Made by a program: the position numbers and the translations under genes. The notes beneath the pieces were generated by a model. It was not told the DNA's origin. It saw only the letters and a program-made list of their open reading frames with translations, and ran no database searches. A DNA stretch of 64,000 nt. Source: an uncultured Gemmatimonadales bacterium (GTDB lineage: Bacteria > Gemmatimonadota > Gemmatimonadetes > Longimicrobiales > Gaopeijiaceae). This document shows, one piece after another, positions 40,616 through 51,399 of the stretch. Location: the NCBI GenBank assembly GCA_963823035.1, contig CAWGKG010000023.1:231460-295459 (forward strand), read 5' to 3'. Numbering within the stretch: the first letter of the stretch is position 1; each line of letters starts with the position of its first letter.

Positions 40616-40978
40616 TCAGAACGGCAGCCCGTCGTCTTCGTCGTCCCCGTCCGGCGGCTCGGGGAACGGCTCGTCGGCGGGCATCGGCGGGGGCCCCCCG
40701 GCGGCGTCCTGATCGCGCTCGATCTTCCAGGCCTTCACATCCGTGTACCAGCGCCCGTTGTACTCGCGGCTGGCGATGTCGATGTGGGCCGTCAGGCGCT
40801 CATCGACCTGGACCGCGAACTGGTCGATGTTGTCGCCCCACATCAGGAGGCAGACCGACTTCGGGTACTTGCCGTCCGTCTCGAGGATGAACTCCTGTTT
40901 GCGCCAGGGGCCGTTCCGGCTCTCGCCGGACTGCTCCTCCAGCAGCTGCTTCACAGTCCCGGTGATCTTGAGTTCCAT
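40616..40978 (-). CDS. DUF3127 family OB-fold/SSB-like protein
   Basis: MELKITG, WRKQEFILET, YPK, SREYNGRWYTDVKAWKI, acidic tail DDGLPF. Confidence 0.92.
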   Translation of the reverse strand: MELKITGTVKQLLEEQSGESRNGPWRKQEFILETDGKYPKSVCLLMWGDNIDQFAVQVDERLTAHIDIASREYNGRWYTDVKAWKIERDQDAAGGPPPMPADEPFPEPPDGDDEDDGLPF

Positions 40979-41078
40979 GGCAAGGCCGTGCGGTTTCCAG
41001 ACAGGGTTTGGATCGCGTATTCGGGGGAAGGATGTTCGCGGATTCCGCCCCAAAAGGCCACGCCTGCGGGGTGGCGGG

Positions 41079-41591
41079 CTACCTTGACTCCGAATCATGC
41101 TCCTCGAGCGAGATCTCCACACGCAGGTGACGGAGCCGCCCGAGTCGCACCGCGATGTTGCGCGCGCCCACCCAACCGTACTCCACCGCCAGAGCCAACA
41201 CGACGGACAGCCCGAGCCACGATACCGTGGCCAGCAGCAGCCCGGCATAGTGGGACGAGTAGACGGACCAATAGCTGAGAGCAATCCACCCCGTAGCCAC
41301 AAGACCCACGGCTGCGGCGGGGAGGATATACAGCACGCCCGTCACCTGGTCTCGGAGGGCCTCCTTGGCCCCCATGCCCGAGGGCCGGCCGAACATGCCG
41401 ACGGCTCCGGCGAACAGGAGCGCCAGGACACCCCCTATCAGGTACATGGCGCCTACGGTCTCGATGAGCATGAAGTGGTTGAGGGACTCCTCGAAGAGGC
41501 CGTACGACACCAAGGCCCCTCCACACAGCACGGCGCCGCTGACGAACCAGGTGACGAGCAGCTTCCCCGGCAGCAGAATGTCTCTCTTCAT
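41079..41591 (-). CDS. Hypothetical four-TM membrane protein
   Basis: GGAGG RBS before MKRDILL; four hydrophobic segments. Confidence 0.7.
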   Translation of the reverse strand: MKRDILLPGKLLVTWFVSGAVLCGGALVSYGLFEESLNHFMLIETVGAMYLIGGVLALLFAGAVGMFGRPSGMGAKEALRDQVTGVLYILPAAAVGLVATGWIALSYWSVYSSHYAGLLLATVSWLGLSVVLALAVEYGWVGARNIAVRLGRLRHLRVEISLEEHDSESR

Positions 41592-41702
41592 GGGATGCGC
41601 CTCCGAAGTGTGTTGACGGAGCCCCGTCCGCTCATGGCCAGTCGATTTCGTAGTCGTCTTTGAGGAATCCCACGCCAGCTTGGACCCACCCACACGTTCA
41701 AG

Positions 41703-42290
41703 CTATTTGGAAGGAATCACGTGGTAACGAATCTCCTCACCGACTTGGTAGATGATAGCCGCAAAACCGATAATCGGGAGGAATACCACGAATGCCAGCC
41801 CCAGGATGGGAGACAGCACCAACCCACCCACGACCTCCATATTCCTTCGCAAGGCGTGTTTCGTGGGTAGGTCCGTGTTGTGTAGCAGTTCTCCAACTTC
41901 CGATTCCAGCTTTGGGACGTCTTTGATCTTTTCGAAGGCCTCCTTGATCGTCTCTGCCATGACCTCCGGATCGATGGGTTTGCTGAAATAGCCAAACCCA
42001 CCCAGGTCGTTGACGGCGCCTTCGACATCGGGATTCCCGTACCCGGTCAACAGAATGACCTGGATCTGTGGCCACCGCTCCTTCACGATCTTCAGGAAAT
42101 CGAGGCCGTCTATGCCCGGCATGCGCAAGTCAGACACGACGACGTCCATTTCATCTCGTTCCAATCGGGAAATGGCAGCCTCTGCCGTCTCCTCTGTCGT
42201 CACGTCGAGTCCTATACTCGTCAAGTATCTATCCCAGCTTATCCGCACGCCCTCGTCGTCGTCGACGAACATCACCTTTACAGTGGACAT
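41703..42290 (-). CDS. Response-regulator receiver domain with C-terminal transmembrane segment
   Basis: VMFVDDD, VVVSDLRMPGIDG, ILLTGYG, SKP; tail VVGGLVLSPILGLAFVVFLPIIGFAAIIY. Confidence 0.88.
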   Translation of the reverse strand: MSTVKVMFVDDDEGVRISWDRYLTSIGLDVTTEETAEAAISRLERDEMDVVVSDLRMPGIDGLDFLKIVKERWPQIQVILLTGYGNPDVEGAVNDLGGFGYFSKPIDPEVMAETIKEAFEKIKDVPKLESEVGELLHNTDLPTKHALRRNMEVVGGLVLSPILGLAFVVFLPIIGFAAIIYQVGEEIRYHVIPSK

Positions 42291-42563
42291 TTCTGAATCT
42301 TCGCCTCCATTGGTCCAATTCAGGACCCGCTGTGCCATGTGAAAGCTCGGCCTAGGCTCGACCGCGCGCAACGGACCGCCCGCCATGCTCTCGCGTATCC
42401 AAATGGGAGATCGTCTCGTGGGCCCCCATCGGATCTGGGCAACCAACCCGCCGGTCCTCCCCCGAATCCCACCTTCGACTTGCGCCCGTTCCTGCGCACC
42501 GGACATCTTGGCCGCCGCGTACCGTGCCGGAGTGTCGCCGAAGTGAGCGTCCGCACGCTGGAG

Positions 42564-45167
42564 ATGACGGCCGTGACCCACGAGGCCAATGAGGGGGACC
42601 CGGACCTCCGCAAGGAGGTCGACGCGCGTCGCGCCGAGCGGCGAGTCCCACCGCCACTGGACAGAATCGGCCCCTATCGGGTGCTCCGGGAGATCGGGCG
42701 GGGTGGGATGGGCGTGGTGTACCTCGCGGAGCGCGCCGACGGGCAGTTCGAACGCTCCGTGGCGATCAAGCTGCTGAGGGACGCCCCACACACCGAGGAA
42801 CTGCACGCGCGGTTCACAGCGGAGCGGCACATCCTCGCTTCGCTCGACCATCCCAACATCGCGCAGCTCCTGGATGCCGGCGTCGCCGACGACCACCGTC
42901 CTTACCTCGTCATGGAGTACGTCGACGGGTCGCGGATCACGACGTACTGCGACCACCACCACCTCGACATTCGCGCCCGCCTCCACCTCTTCGAGGACGT
43001 GTGCGCAGCCGTGCACCACGCCCACCGCAACCTGGTGATCCACCGCGACCTCAAGCCGAGCAACATCCTGGTGACGTCGGACGGCGTCGTGAAGCTGCTC
43101 GACTTCGGCATCGCGAAGCTGCAGGCCTCCGACGCCGATGAGGGTCCCTTCCCGGTGACGAGAACCCACGGGTGGGTGATGACGCCTGAATACGCCAGCC
43201 CCGAACAGGCGCGTGGCGAAGCGCTTTCGACGGCGAGCGACGTCTACTCCCTGGGCGTGGTGCTGTACGAGCTCCTCACGGGACGCCGCCCGCTGGACCT
43301 CTCTTCGATCCCGCCGGGGTGGATCCCGGAGGTGCTCGGCGGACGGGAGCCGCTCCGCCCGAGCACCGCGGTCGTGACCGAGGCGCCCGCGACCGACGCT
43401 ACGAAAGGGCCACACGCACACGCCGGACGTCGCGCCGAACTGCGCGCCTCGACCCCGGCTCGCCTCCGACGGGCGCTCAGGGTGGACCTGGACGCCATCG
43501 TGATGATGGCGCTCCGCAAGGAGGCCGACCATCGCTACGGATCTGCCGACCTCCTTGCCGAGGACGTCCATCGGCACCTGGCCGGCCTACCGGTGCGGGC
43601 CCACGAGGGGAGTCGACGTTACCTCGCCGCCAAGTTCGTGCGCAGGCATCGGGGGGCCGCGGCGGTCGCCGCCGCCCTCGCGTTCTCCGTGGTGTCCGGG
43701 GCGGGCGCCGCGCTCTGGCAGGCGTCCGTCGCGCGCTCGGCGCGGGACCGCGCCGACGACGCCCGCCTGGAGGCGGAGCGGGCGCTCGACGAGTCCGAGG
43801 CCGTGACGTCGTTCCTCCTGGAGCTCTTCCAGTCCAGCGAGCCGGAGGAATCCTCGTCGGACGACGTGACCGCACGCGAGATCCTGCGGCGGGGCGTCGG
43901 TCGGATCGACGCGCTCTCCGATCAGCCCCTCGTGCAGACGCGCGTGTTGGAAGCGGTGGGGAAGGTGTACCTGAGCCTCGGGCGACAGGACGACGCGGGC
44001 GAGCTGCTGAAGCGGGCCCTCGCCATACGCCGCGCCAAGCTCGGGCCCGACGACCCGGAGATCGCACGCACGCTCAACCTGCTGGCCGACGTGGCTCGAC
44101 GGCAGGGTCGTTACGCCGAGGCCGAGGAGTTGGCGAGGGAGGCGCTCCGCATCCAGGAGCAGGCCCTGGGCCCGGGGGACCTGCAGGTCGCGGAGACGCT
44201 GGCTCAACTCTCCGGGCTCGCCATCTACCGGGGCAACGTCACCGCGGCGGAGTCGCTCTCTCGACGCGCGCTGGCCATCCGCGAGGCCAACCCCGCCGCC
44301 GAGGACTCCCTCGTCGCGGTCAGCCTGGTGCACCTCGCCGGCGTGATCCGCCGGGTGGGCAAGACCGCCGAAGCCGAAGCCCTCCTGCTGCACGCCGTGG
44401 ACAACACGCGCGCCGCATACGGGCCTGAGCACCCGGCGACGATCCTCCCGATGCGGAACCTCGCCTACCTCTTCTCGGACATGGGACGGCTCGACGAGGC
44501 GGAGCCGCTCCTGCGCGACGCCATCGACCTGCAACGCCGGAGCACGGGTCCGGGGAGCCCGGCCTATGCCTATCTGCTCGGGGACCTGGGAGAGGTGCTC
44601 GAGCTCCGCGGCGACCACCAGGGCGCCGCCGAGATGTACGGCCAGGAGCTCACCCTCCTGCGACAGATCTTCGGGCCGGAGAACCAATCCGTGGCCTTGC
44701 TGATCGGCCGGCTGTCCGCCGTGTACGCGTCCCTCGGTGACCTCGAACGGGCCGATGCGTGGGCCCGCGAGTCGCTCGACCTCACCGCGCGCACTACGGG
44801 TGAGGAGCACCAGATCTACGCGGACCTTCTCATGAACCTCGCCGACATCCAGCGTCGGAAGAGCGCCTGGGCGGAGGCCGAAAGCACGGCGCGGCGTGCC
44901 ATCGCGATCCGCTCGCGGACCAACGGCCCCTCGACGAGGAACGTGGGCATCATGCGGGGAACGCTCGGCGCGATGCTCCTCGAGCGGCAACGCTTTCCGG
45001 AAGCCGAGGTCGAGCTCGAGGCCGCACTATCCATCCTCGAGCGGAACCTCGTCCCCGACGAGGACGCGCTGGTCCAGACGGTGCTCCGCAGGCTGGAGGC
45101 GCTCTACGCCGCCTGGGGTCGCCCGGACGACGCCTCCAGCTACCGGGCCCGCCTGCGGCCGCGCTGA
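42564..45167 (+). CDS. Membrane Hanks-type Ser/Thr kinase with TPR repeats (start uncertain)
   Basis: GRGGMGVVY, VAIK, HRDLKPSNIL, DFGIAK, MTPEYASPE, DVYSLG; TM after RRHR; TPR region. Confidence 0.93.
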   Translation: MTAVTHEANEGDPDLRKEVDARRAERRVPPPLDRIGPYRVLREIGRGGMGVVYLAERADGQFERSVAIKLLRDAPHTEELHARFTAERHILASLDHPNIAQLLDAGVADDHRPYLVMEYVDGSRITTYCDHHHLDIRARLHLFEDVCAAVHHAHRNLVIHRDLKPSNILVTSDGVVKLLDFGIAKLQASDADEGPFPVTRTHGWVMTPEYASPEQARGEALSTASDVYSLGVVLYELLTGRRPLDLSSIPPGWIPEVLGGREPLRPSTAVVTEAPATDATKGPHAHAGRRAELRASTPARLRRALRVDLDAIVMMALRKEADHRYGSADLLAEDVHRHLAGLPVRAHEGSRRYLAAKFVRRHRGAAAVAAALAFSVVSGAGAALWQASVARSARDRADDARLEAERALDESEAVTSFLLELFQSSEPEESSSDDVTAREILRRGVGRIDALSDQPLVQTRVLEAVGKVYLSLGRQDDAGELLKRALAIRRAKLGPDDPEIARTLNLLADVARRQGRYAEAEELAREALRIQEQALGPGDLQVAETLAQLSGLAIYRGNVTAAESLSRRALAIREANPAAEDSLVAVSLVHLAGVIRRVGKTAEAEALLLHAVDNTRAAYGPEHPATILPMRNLAYLFSDMGRLDEAEPLLRDAIDLQRRSTGPGSPAYAYLLGDLGEVLELRGDHQGAAEMYGQELTLLRQIFGPENQSVALLIGRLSAVYASLGDLERADAWARESLDLTARTTGEEHQIYADLLMNLADIQRRKSAWAEAESTARRAIAIRSRTNGPSTRNVGIMRGTLGAMLLERQRFPEAEVELEAALSILERNLVPDEDALVQTVLRRLEALYAAWGRPDDASSYRARLRPR

Positions 45168-45220
45168 CCCGCGCCACGCGGCGGATTCAGTCCGCGGCCC
45201 GGGTGCCCGAGACTGAAGGT

Positions 45221-46009
45221 ATGGACAGGCCCATCGTCGGGATCACCATGGCAAGCCTCAGCGCGTTCGGGGGCGTCGGCGGGCCGTACGCCGAGTCCTC
45301 GGTGGTGGGGCTACGCTACGTGCGGGCGATCGCGGCCGTCGGCGCGGTTCCGTGGCCCATCCCCGTGGTGCCCGACGCCACCCTGCTCCGCGCCCTCTAC
45401 GACCATCTGGACGGGCTGATCCTGACCGGAGGCTCCGACATCCGCCCCGTCCGTTACGGCGGCGCCGACCACCCGGCCATGGACGCTGGAGACCCCGACC
45501 GCGACGAGGTCGAGCAGTCGCTGGCGTCCTGGGCCATGCGCGACGGCATGCCGCTTCTGGGGATCTGTAGAGGCATGCAGATGATCAACGTGGCGCGCGG
45601 CGGCACACTGGTGCCCCACCTGGCGGGCGTGGACGGGGCGTTCCTCAAGCACGACAACTTCCCCCTCTCCCGCTATCCACGGGATCTGCCCGCCCACGAC
45701 GTCGACGTGATCCCCGGCTCGCGCACGGCGCTGGCGCTCGGAGCCACCTCGTTGACGGTGAACAGCATCCACCACCAGGCCGTCGACCAGCCGGGACGAG
45801 GTCTGATCGTGGCGGCCCGGTCTCCGGACGGGGTGCCGGAGGCCGTGGAGGACCCGGCGCGTCCGTTCTGCCTCGGCGTGCAGTGGCACCCCGAGGAGAT
45901 GCCCGAGCACCCGGCGACGCGCAGCCTCTTCGGTGCCTTCCGGGAAGCGTGCCTGGCCCGGGCGGCGCCACGGCGACCGCGCAGGGCGCGGGCCCTCAGA
46001 AGAGCTTGA
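45221..46009 (+). CDS. Peptidase C26 / gamma-glutamyl-gamma-aminobutyrate hydrolase family glutamine amidotransferase
   Basis: LTGGSDI, LGICRGMQ, VNSIHHQA, GVQWHPE. Confidence 0.92.
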   Translation: MDRPIVGITMASLSAFGGVGGPYAESSVVGLRYVRAIAAVGAVPWPIPVVPDATLLRALYDHLDGLILTGGSDIRPVRYGGADHPAMDAGDPDRDEVEQSLASWAMRDGMPLLGICRGMQMINVARGGTLVPHLAGVDGAFLKHDNFPLSRYPRDLPAHDVDVIPGSRTALALGATSLTVNSIHHQAVDQPGRGLIVAARSPDGVPEAVEDPARPFCLGVQWHPEEMPEHPATRSLFGAFREACLARAAPRRPRRARALRRA

Positions 46010-46673
46010 GGCTCACGCTCCCCGAGTAGATGAAGTCGTGCTGGAGCTTCCCCCAGTAGCGGCTCAACGCATCGCGGGCCTGTACGTCCAGAAACAGGCC
46101 CTTCCAGCGAGCGGTGACGCCGGCACCCAGATCGCCACCCCAGGTGAAGCCGTTGGACGGGAGCGTGGCGCCCACGTCGTTGGCCTTCGTGGGCTCCCCG
46201 AAGGAATAGAACTTCCCACCAGCGCCCACGAGCACGTACGGCTTGGCCGGCCCCAGCTCCAGGCGGGTGGGAAGGACGAGCTGGAGGCTGGTGAGGGTGA
46301 GGGTCGTCGGCACGTCCAGCCAGGTCGTCACGATGTCGGGCGGGATGAACAGGTCCCTCAGCGTCTCCACCGAATGCGATGCCGAGAGCCAGGTGTCGAA
46401 GGAGCGAAGCACCTCTCCCCGGAGGTAGGCGCTCTTCCCCAGGGGCATCTCCACACCGACGCCGGCGATGAACGCCCGCCCCACCGACGTATGCGTCCAC
46501 TCCGTGAGCCCGTCGCCCGCGAAGTTCTCGAAGTACTCGTAGAAGTACGCATCCGGAGCCAGGAGGCCGACACGGGGATAGACCCGCAGCTCCGGCATCC
46601 TCTGGGCCCCGAGCGACGCAGGGAGTGCCGCGAGCCCCGCGGCGAACAGGAGAACGGAAGGCAGGCGCTTCAT
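45996..46673 (-). CDS. Exported outer-membrane beta-barrel-like protein, complete copy
   Basis: Signal peptide ending LGA-Q, PYVLVGAGG, alternating strands, terminal SVSLKLF. Confidence 0.75.
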   Translation of the reverse strand: MKRLPSVLLFAAGLAALPASLGAQRMPELRVYPRVGLLAPDAYFYEYFENFAGDGLTEWTHTSVGRAFIAGVGVEMPLGKSAYLRGEVLRSFDTWLSASHSVETLRDLFIPPDIVTTWLDVPTTLTLTSLQLVLPTRLELGPAKPYVLVGAGGKFYSFGEPTKANDVGATLPSNGFTWGGDLGAGVTARWKGLFLDVQARDALSRYWGKLQHDFIYSGSVSLKLF

Positions 46674-46783
46674 CGTGGAAAGGCCGGATTGCGGGAGCAC
46701 TCGACGCGATCACCGTCGCGGGTCCGAAGGCGCGCGACCCGAAAACGTTAGATCCGGGGTCCGGACGTCGGTAGGGGGAGAAC
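46124..46783. repeat. Direct repeat copy A (660 bp)
   Basis: Aligns without gaps to 46950-47609 (offset 826); about 20 substitutions by manual count. Confidence 0.95.
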
Positions 46784-46912
46784 GGGAGGGGGGTGGGGAA
46801 GAGCAGGCAGAGGTATAGTGGCGAGCAGGTGAGTGAGCGAGCAGCGTAGTTCGGCGGGTCTATGTCCACGAGCGCGCCGAGAGAGTGTCGGGCGAGCTCC
46901 GGTAGCGCGCCG

Positions 46913-46949
<37 letters not shown>

Positions 46950-47499
46950 CACCCAGATCGCCACCCCAGGTGAAGCCGTTGGACGGGAGCGTGGCGCCCA
47001 CGTCGTTGGCCTTCGTGGGCTCCCCGAAGGAATAGAACTTCCCGCCACCGCCCACGAGCACGTACGGCTTGGCCGGCCCCAGCTCCAGGCGGGTGGGCAG
47101 GACGAGCTGGAGGCTGGTGAGGGTGAGGGTCGTCGGCACGTCCAGCCAGGTCGTCACGATGTCGGGCGGGATGAACAGGTCCCTCAGTGTCTCCACCGAA
47201 TGCGATGCCGAGAGCCAGGTATCGAAGGAGCGAAGCACCTCTCCCCGGAGGTAGGCGCTCTTCCCCAAGGGCATCTCCACACCGACGCCGGCGACGAACG
47301 CCCGCCCCAACGACGTGTGCGTCCACTCCGTGAGCCCGTCGCCCGCGAAGTTCTTGAAGTACTCGTAGAAGTAGGTGTCCGGGGCCAGGAGGCCGACCCG
47401 GGGATAGACCCGCAGCTCGGGCATCCTCTGGGCCCCGAGCGACGCGGGGAGTGCCGCGAGCCCCGCGGCGAACAGGAGAACGGAAGGCAGGCGCTTCAT
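46950..47499 (-). pseudogene. 3'-truncated second copy of the beta-barrel-like gene
   Basis: Same protein to ...FTWGGDLG then runs into poly-A on the coding strand; 5 amino-acid differences. Confidence 0.8.
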
Positions 47500-47609
47500 C
47501 GTGGAAAGGCCGGATTGCGGGAGCACTCGACGCGATCACCGTCGCGGGCCCGACGGCCCGCGACCCGAAAACGTTAGATCCGGGGTCCGGACGTCGGTAG
47601 GGGGAGAAC
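46950..47609. repeat. Direct repeat copy B (660 bp)
   Basis: About 97% identical to 46124-46783. Confidence 0.95.
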
Positions 47610-47774
47610 TCCCGACCGCGGTGTCGTCGTCTTGCCCAGCACCTCGTGGAAGGCCGCGCCGACGCCCCCCGACCCGCTGCGGCGGGGGCGGCCGACTCGC
47701 CGCCTTGCAGCGTCCGTCACGCCGCCGCACGTTTGAGCGGCCCCGTCCGCTGCGACTACCGAGGAGAGGCAGCC

Positions 47775-49323
47775 ATGGAGCGCGAAGTCCGATCTCGACG
47801 GCCCGGCAACGGGCCATCGCGTCAACCGTCGCGAGTTCCTTCACGGTGCCGTCGCCGGCGCGGCCGTGTTCGCGCTGAACGACCACCTTCCGTCGGGGAT
47901 CCTCGGCCACCAGGAGGACCCCGTCCTCGCACAGATCACGGCGCGCCACGACGCCACGCTCCGGATGCTGCGGGACTGGATCGCGTTGCCGTCGATCGCC
48001 GCGGAGGACAAGGGATACCCGCAGGGTCCCGAGTACATGGCGCAGCTCGCGCGCGACGCCGGCTTCGATCACGTCGAGGTGGTGCCCACCCAGGGGAAGT
48101 CGGGCGTCTTCGCCACGCTCGACACGGGCGCGCCCCGGACGCTGGGCCTCTACTTCATGTACGACGTGAAGCAGTACGACCCCTCGGAATGGAGCTCGCC
48201 GCCGCTCGAGGGGCGCCTCGTGGACCGGCCCGGACTCGGCAAGGTGATCGTCGGGCGCGGCGCGACGAACACGAAGGGGCCACAGGTCGCCTGCCTCGCC
48301 GCGCTGCACGCGTTCAAGGCGGCGGGCCGCAAGCCACCCATCAACATCGTCCTGGTCTGCGAAGGGGAGGAGGAGATCGGCTCCCCCAACTTCCCGCAGA
48401 TCGTGTTCAAGCCGGAGGTCGAGGCCGCGCTCCGTAGATGCACGGGGGTCGTGATTCCCCTCGGCAACCAGGACCCCGACGGCTCGGTCACGATCAACCT
48501 GGGCGCGAAGGGCATCGTGGAGCTGGAGCTCGTGTCCACGGGCGAGAAGTGGGGGCGGGGGCCGAAGCTGGACGTCCACTCGAGCTACGAGGCGCAGATC
48601 GACTCTCCGGCGTGGCACCTCGTCCAGGCGCTGAACACGCTGGTCGGGCCCGACGGCCACACGCCGGTCGTCGAGGGCTTCTTCGACAAGGTGAGGCCGC
48701 TCACCGCCCGGCAGGGGCAGATCCTCGAAGCATCGATCCCCAAGCGTGACGAGGCTGCGACCAAGAGGGCGCTGGGCGTCGAGAGGTGGTTCGGGGACGA
48801 GTCGTGGCACGACTCGCTGCTGCGGCTCGTGTCGCAGCCGACCATCAACATCGAGGGGCTCGTCGGCGGCTACACCGGCCCCGGCGGGAAGACGATCCTC
48901 CCGCACCGCGCCGTGGCCAAGATCGACATGCGCCTCGTGCCGGACATGACGGCCACGGGGACGCTCGAGCTGCTCGAGGCCCACCTCGCGAAGCACGGCT
49001 TCGCGGACATCGAGGTCAACATGACCGGTGGCTACGACCCGACGGAGACCGATCCCGACTCGAAGCTCGTGGCGGCGCAGATCGCCGCGTACCGGAAGCA
49101 GGGCGTGGAGCCCGTGCTCTGGCCGCGCCTCGCCGGATCGTGGCCCGGGGTGACGTTCACCGGGGCCCCGCTCCGCCTGGCGGCCGGTCAGTTCGGGATG
49201 GGCATCGGCGCCGGGGCGCACGCACCCGACGAGTGGTATCTCATCGACTCATCGAACCCGAAGGTGGCGGGGCTCGACGGCGCGGTGCGGTCGTACGTGG
49301 AGCTGTTCCGGGCGCTTGCCTGA
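47775..49323 (+). CDS. Tat-signal M20/M25/M40 family metallo-amidohydrolase (indel near 5' end)
   Basis: NRREFL leader in frame at ~47824, GRGATNTKG, EGEEEIGSP, DVHS, KIDMRLVP, GAHAPDE. Confidence 0.88.
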
Positions 49324-49457
49324 CGCGCGGCCCGTCCGCGCCCCATCGGCTTGCTGGCAGCAGCCGCGCACCCTACCCTCCGCCATGAACCTGGAGATGG
49401 ATCGATCCCTACCCGGCCGCCGATCCGCGCGGCCCCCGGGCAACCGGTGAGGACGCC

Positions 49458-51303
49458 ATGTGGCCTGCCGTCGATCTTCCGTTCCCGCGCGCGGTGTGGA
49501 TGACCGTCGCCCTGCTGTTCGGCAGCACCGCCATGGCAGCCGCTCAGGAGGCGCAGCCCGCCTTCCGCGACGGGCAGGCGCAGGTGGTGCCGGCGTTCGC
49601 GGACTCGAGCGCTTGGATCCGGGAGGAGTTGTGGGTGGAGACGCCGTTCGACACGGACGGTGACGGGCGGCCGGACCGTGTGCACGTGGACGTGACCCGC
49701 CCGGGACCGACCCGCGCGGGGGGCCTGAAGGTGCCGGTGATCTACGAGTCGAGCCCCTATTTCTCCGGCACGGGATCCGTCGCCGGCGAGTACTTCTGGA
49801 ACGTGCGTCAGGAGCTCGGCCGGCCAGCGCCGACGCGAACCCCGATGCCGTCCATCGACTACCGCGGAGACCGGCATTGGATCTCGAATTCGTTGGTGGG
49901 CACCTGGGTGCCGCGCGGGTTCGCCGTGGTCCACTCGGAGGCGCCCGGGACGGGCGCGTCGCAGGGCTGCCCCACCGTCGGCGGCGATCCCGAGGCGCTG
50001 GCGCCCAAGGCGGTGATCGACTGGCTGAACGGCCGCGCCCGTGGATTCACCGATCCCGAGGGCGGGCAGCCGGTGACGGCGAGCTGGAGCACCGGGAAGG
50101 TCGGGATGACGGGGACGTCGTACAACGGCACGATCCCGGTGGCGGCCGCGACCACGGGCGTGGAGGGTCTCGAAGCCATCATCCCCGTCTCGCCGAACAC
50201 GTCCTACTACCGCTACTACCGCTCGAACGGCCTGGTCCGCAGCCCCGGCGGCTACCTGGGCGAGGACACGGACGTGCTCTACTCGTTCATCGACAGCGGC
50301 AGCCCCGCGCGCCGGGAGTACTGCGACCGGGAGATCCGGGACGGCGAGCTGGTGCCGGGCGAGGATCGGCGGACGGGGGACTACAACGCGTTCTGGAAGA
50401 ACCGGGACTTCATGCAGCGGCTGGACGGGATCCGGGCGGCCACCTTCCTGGCGCACGGTCTGAACGACTGGAACGTGATGCCGGAGCACAGCATCCGCGT
50501 GTACGAGACGCTCCACGACGCGGGGTGTCCCGTCGGCGTTGTACCTGCATCGAGGCGGGCACGGCGGCCCGCCGCCCCTGGAGCTGATGAACCGCTGGTT
50601 CACGCGCTGGCTCTACGGGGTGAAGAACGGCGTCGAGGACGGCCCGCCCGTCTGGATCGTGCCGGAGGGCGGCGACAGCCAGCAGCCCACGCCCTACGCC
50701 GCCTATCCGGCGGCGGAGGCCGTGGAGGTGACGTTGCGCCCCACCGCTGGCGGCGTGCGCATGGGCGGGCTGACGGCCGCCGCCGCCGGGCACCAGGGGC
50801 AGGAGACGCTGGTCGACAACTTCTCGTTCTCGGGCGCCACGCTGGCCCAGGCGGAATGGACGGAGCACCGGCTTCTCTACGCCACCCCTGTCCTGACCGA
50901 CTCCGTTCGCATCAGCGGCACCCCGCGGGTGACCGTCCGCCTGGCCTCGAACAAGTCGGCCGCCAACCTCACCGTATGGCTCGTGGCGCTCCCCTGGACG
51001 GAGGGCACGCGGCGCGCGCCGAACCCGTACGAAAGCCTGATCACCCGCGGGTGGGCCGACCCGCAGAACCATGCGTCGCTGGAGCACGGGGAGGCGCTCG
51101 TCCCCGGGACGTTCTACGACGTCACGTTCGAGCTCCAGCCGGACGACCAGGTGGTTCCGAAGGGGAAGCGCATCGGTCTGATGATCTTCTCCAGCGACCG
51201 GGAGTTCACGCTTCGCCCCGACCCCGGGACGGAGCTGACGCTGGACCTGGACGGTACGCGCCTGGTGCTGCCGGTGGTGGGCGGGTCGGTCGCTGGCGGA
51301 TAG
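49458..51303 (+). CDS. pepX: Xaa-Pro dipeptidyl-peptidase (S15) (frameshift near 50530)
   Basis: DTDGDGRPD, SSPY, KAVIDWLNGR, GTSYNG nucleophile, GEDTD, DWNV, HRGGH, ITRGWAD. Confidence 0.9.
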
Positions 51304-51399
51304 GGGGTCGCGCACGGCACGGTCCCCGGCCGACGGCGGCTCTTCCGACGATCCGGCCTGTTGGGACTGAGGTCGAAACGACATGGCGAGGAGCACGGC

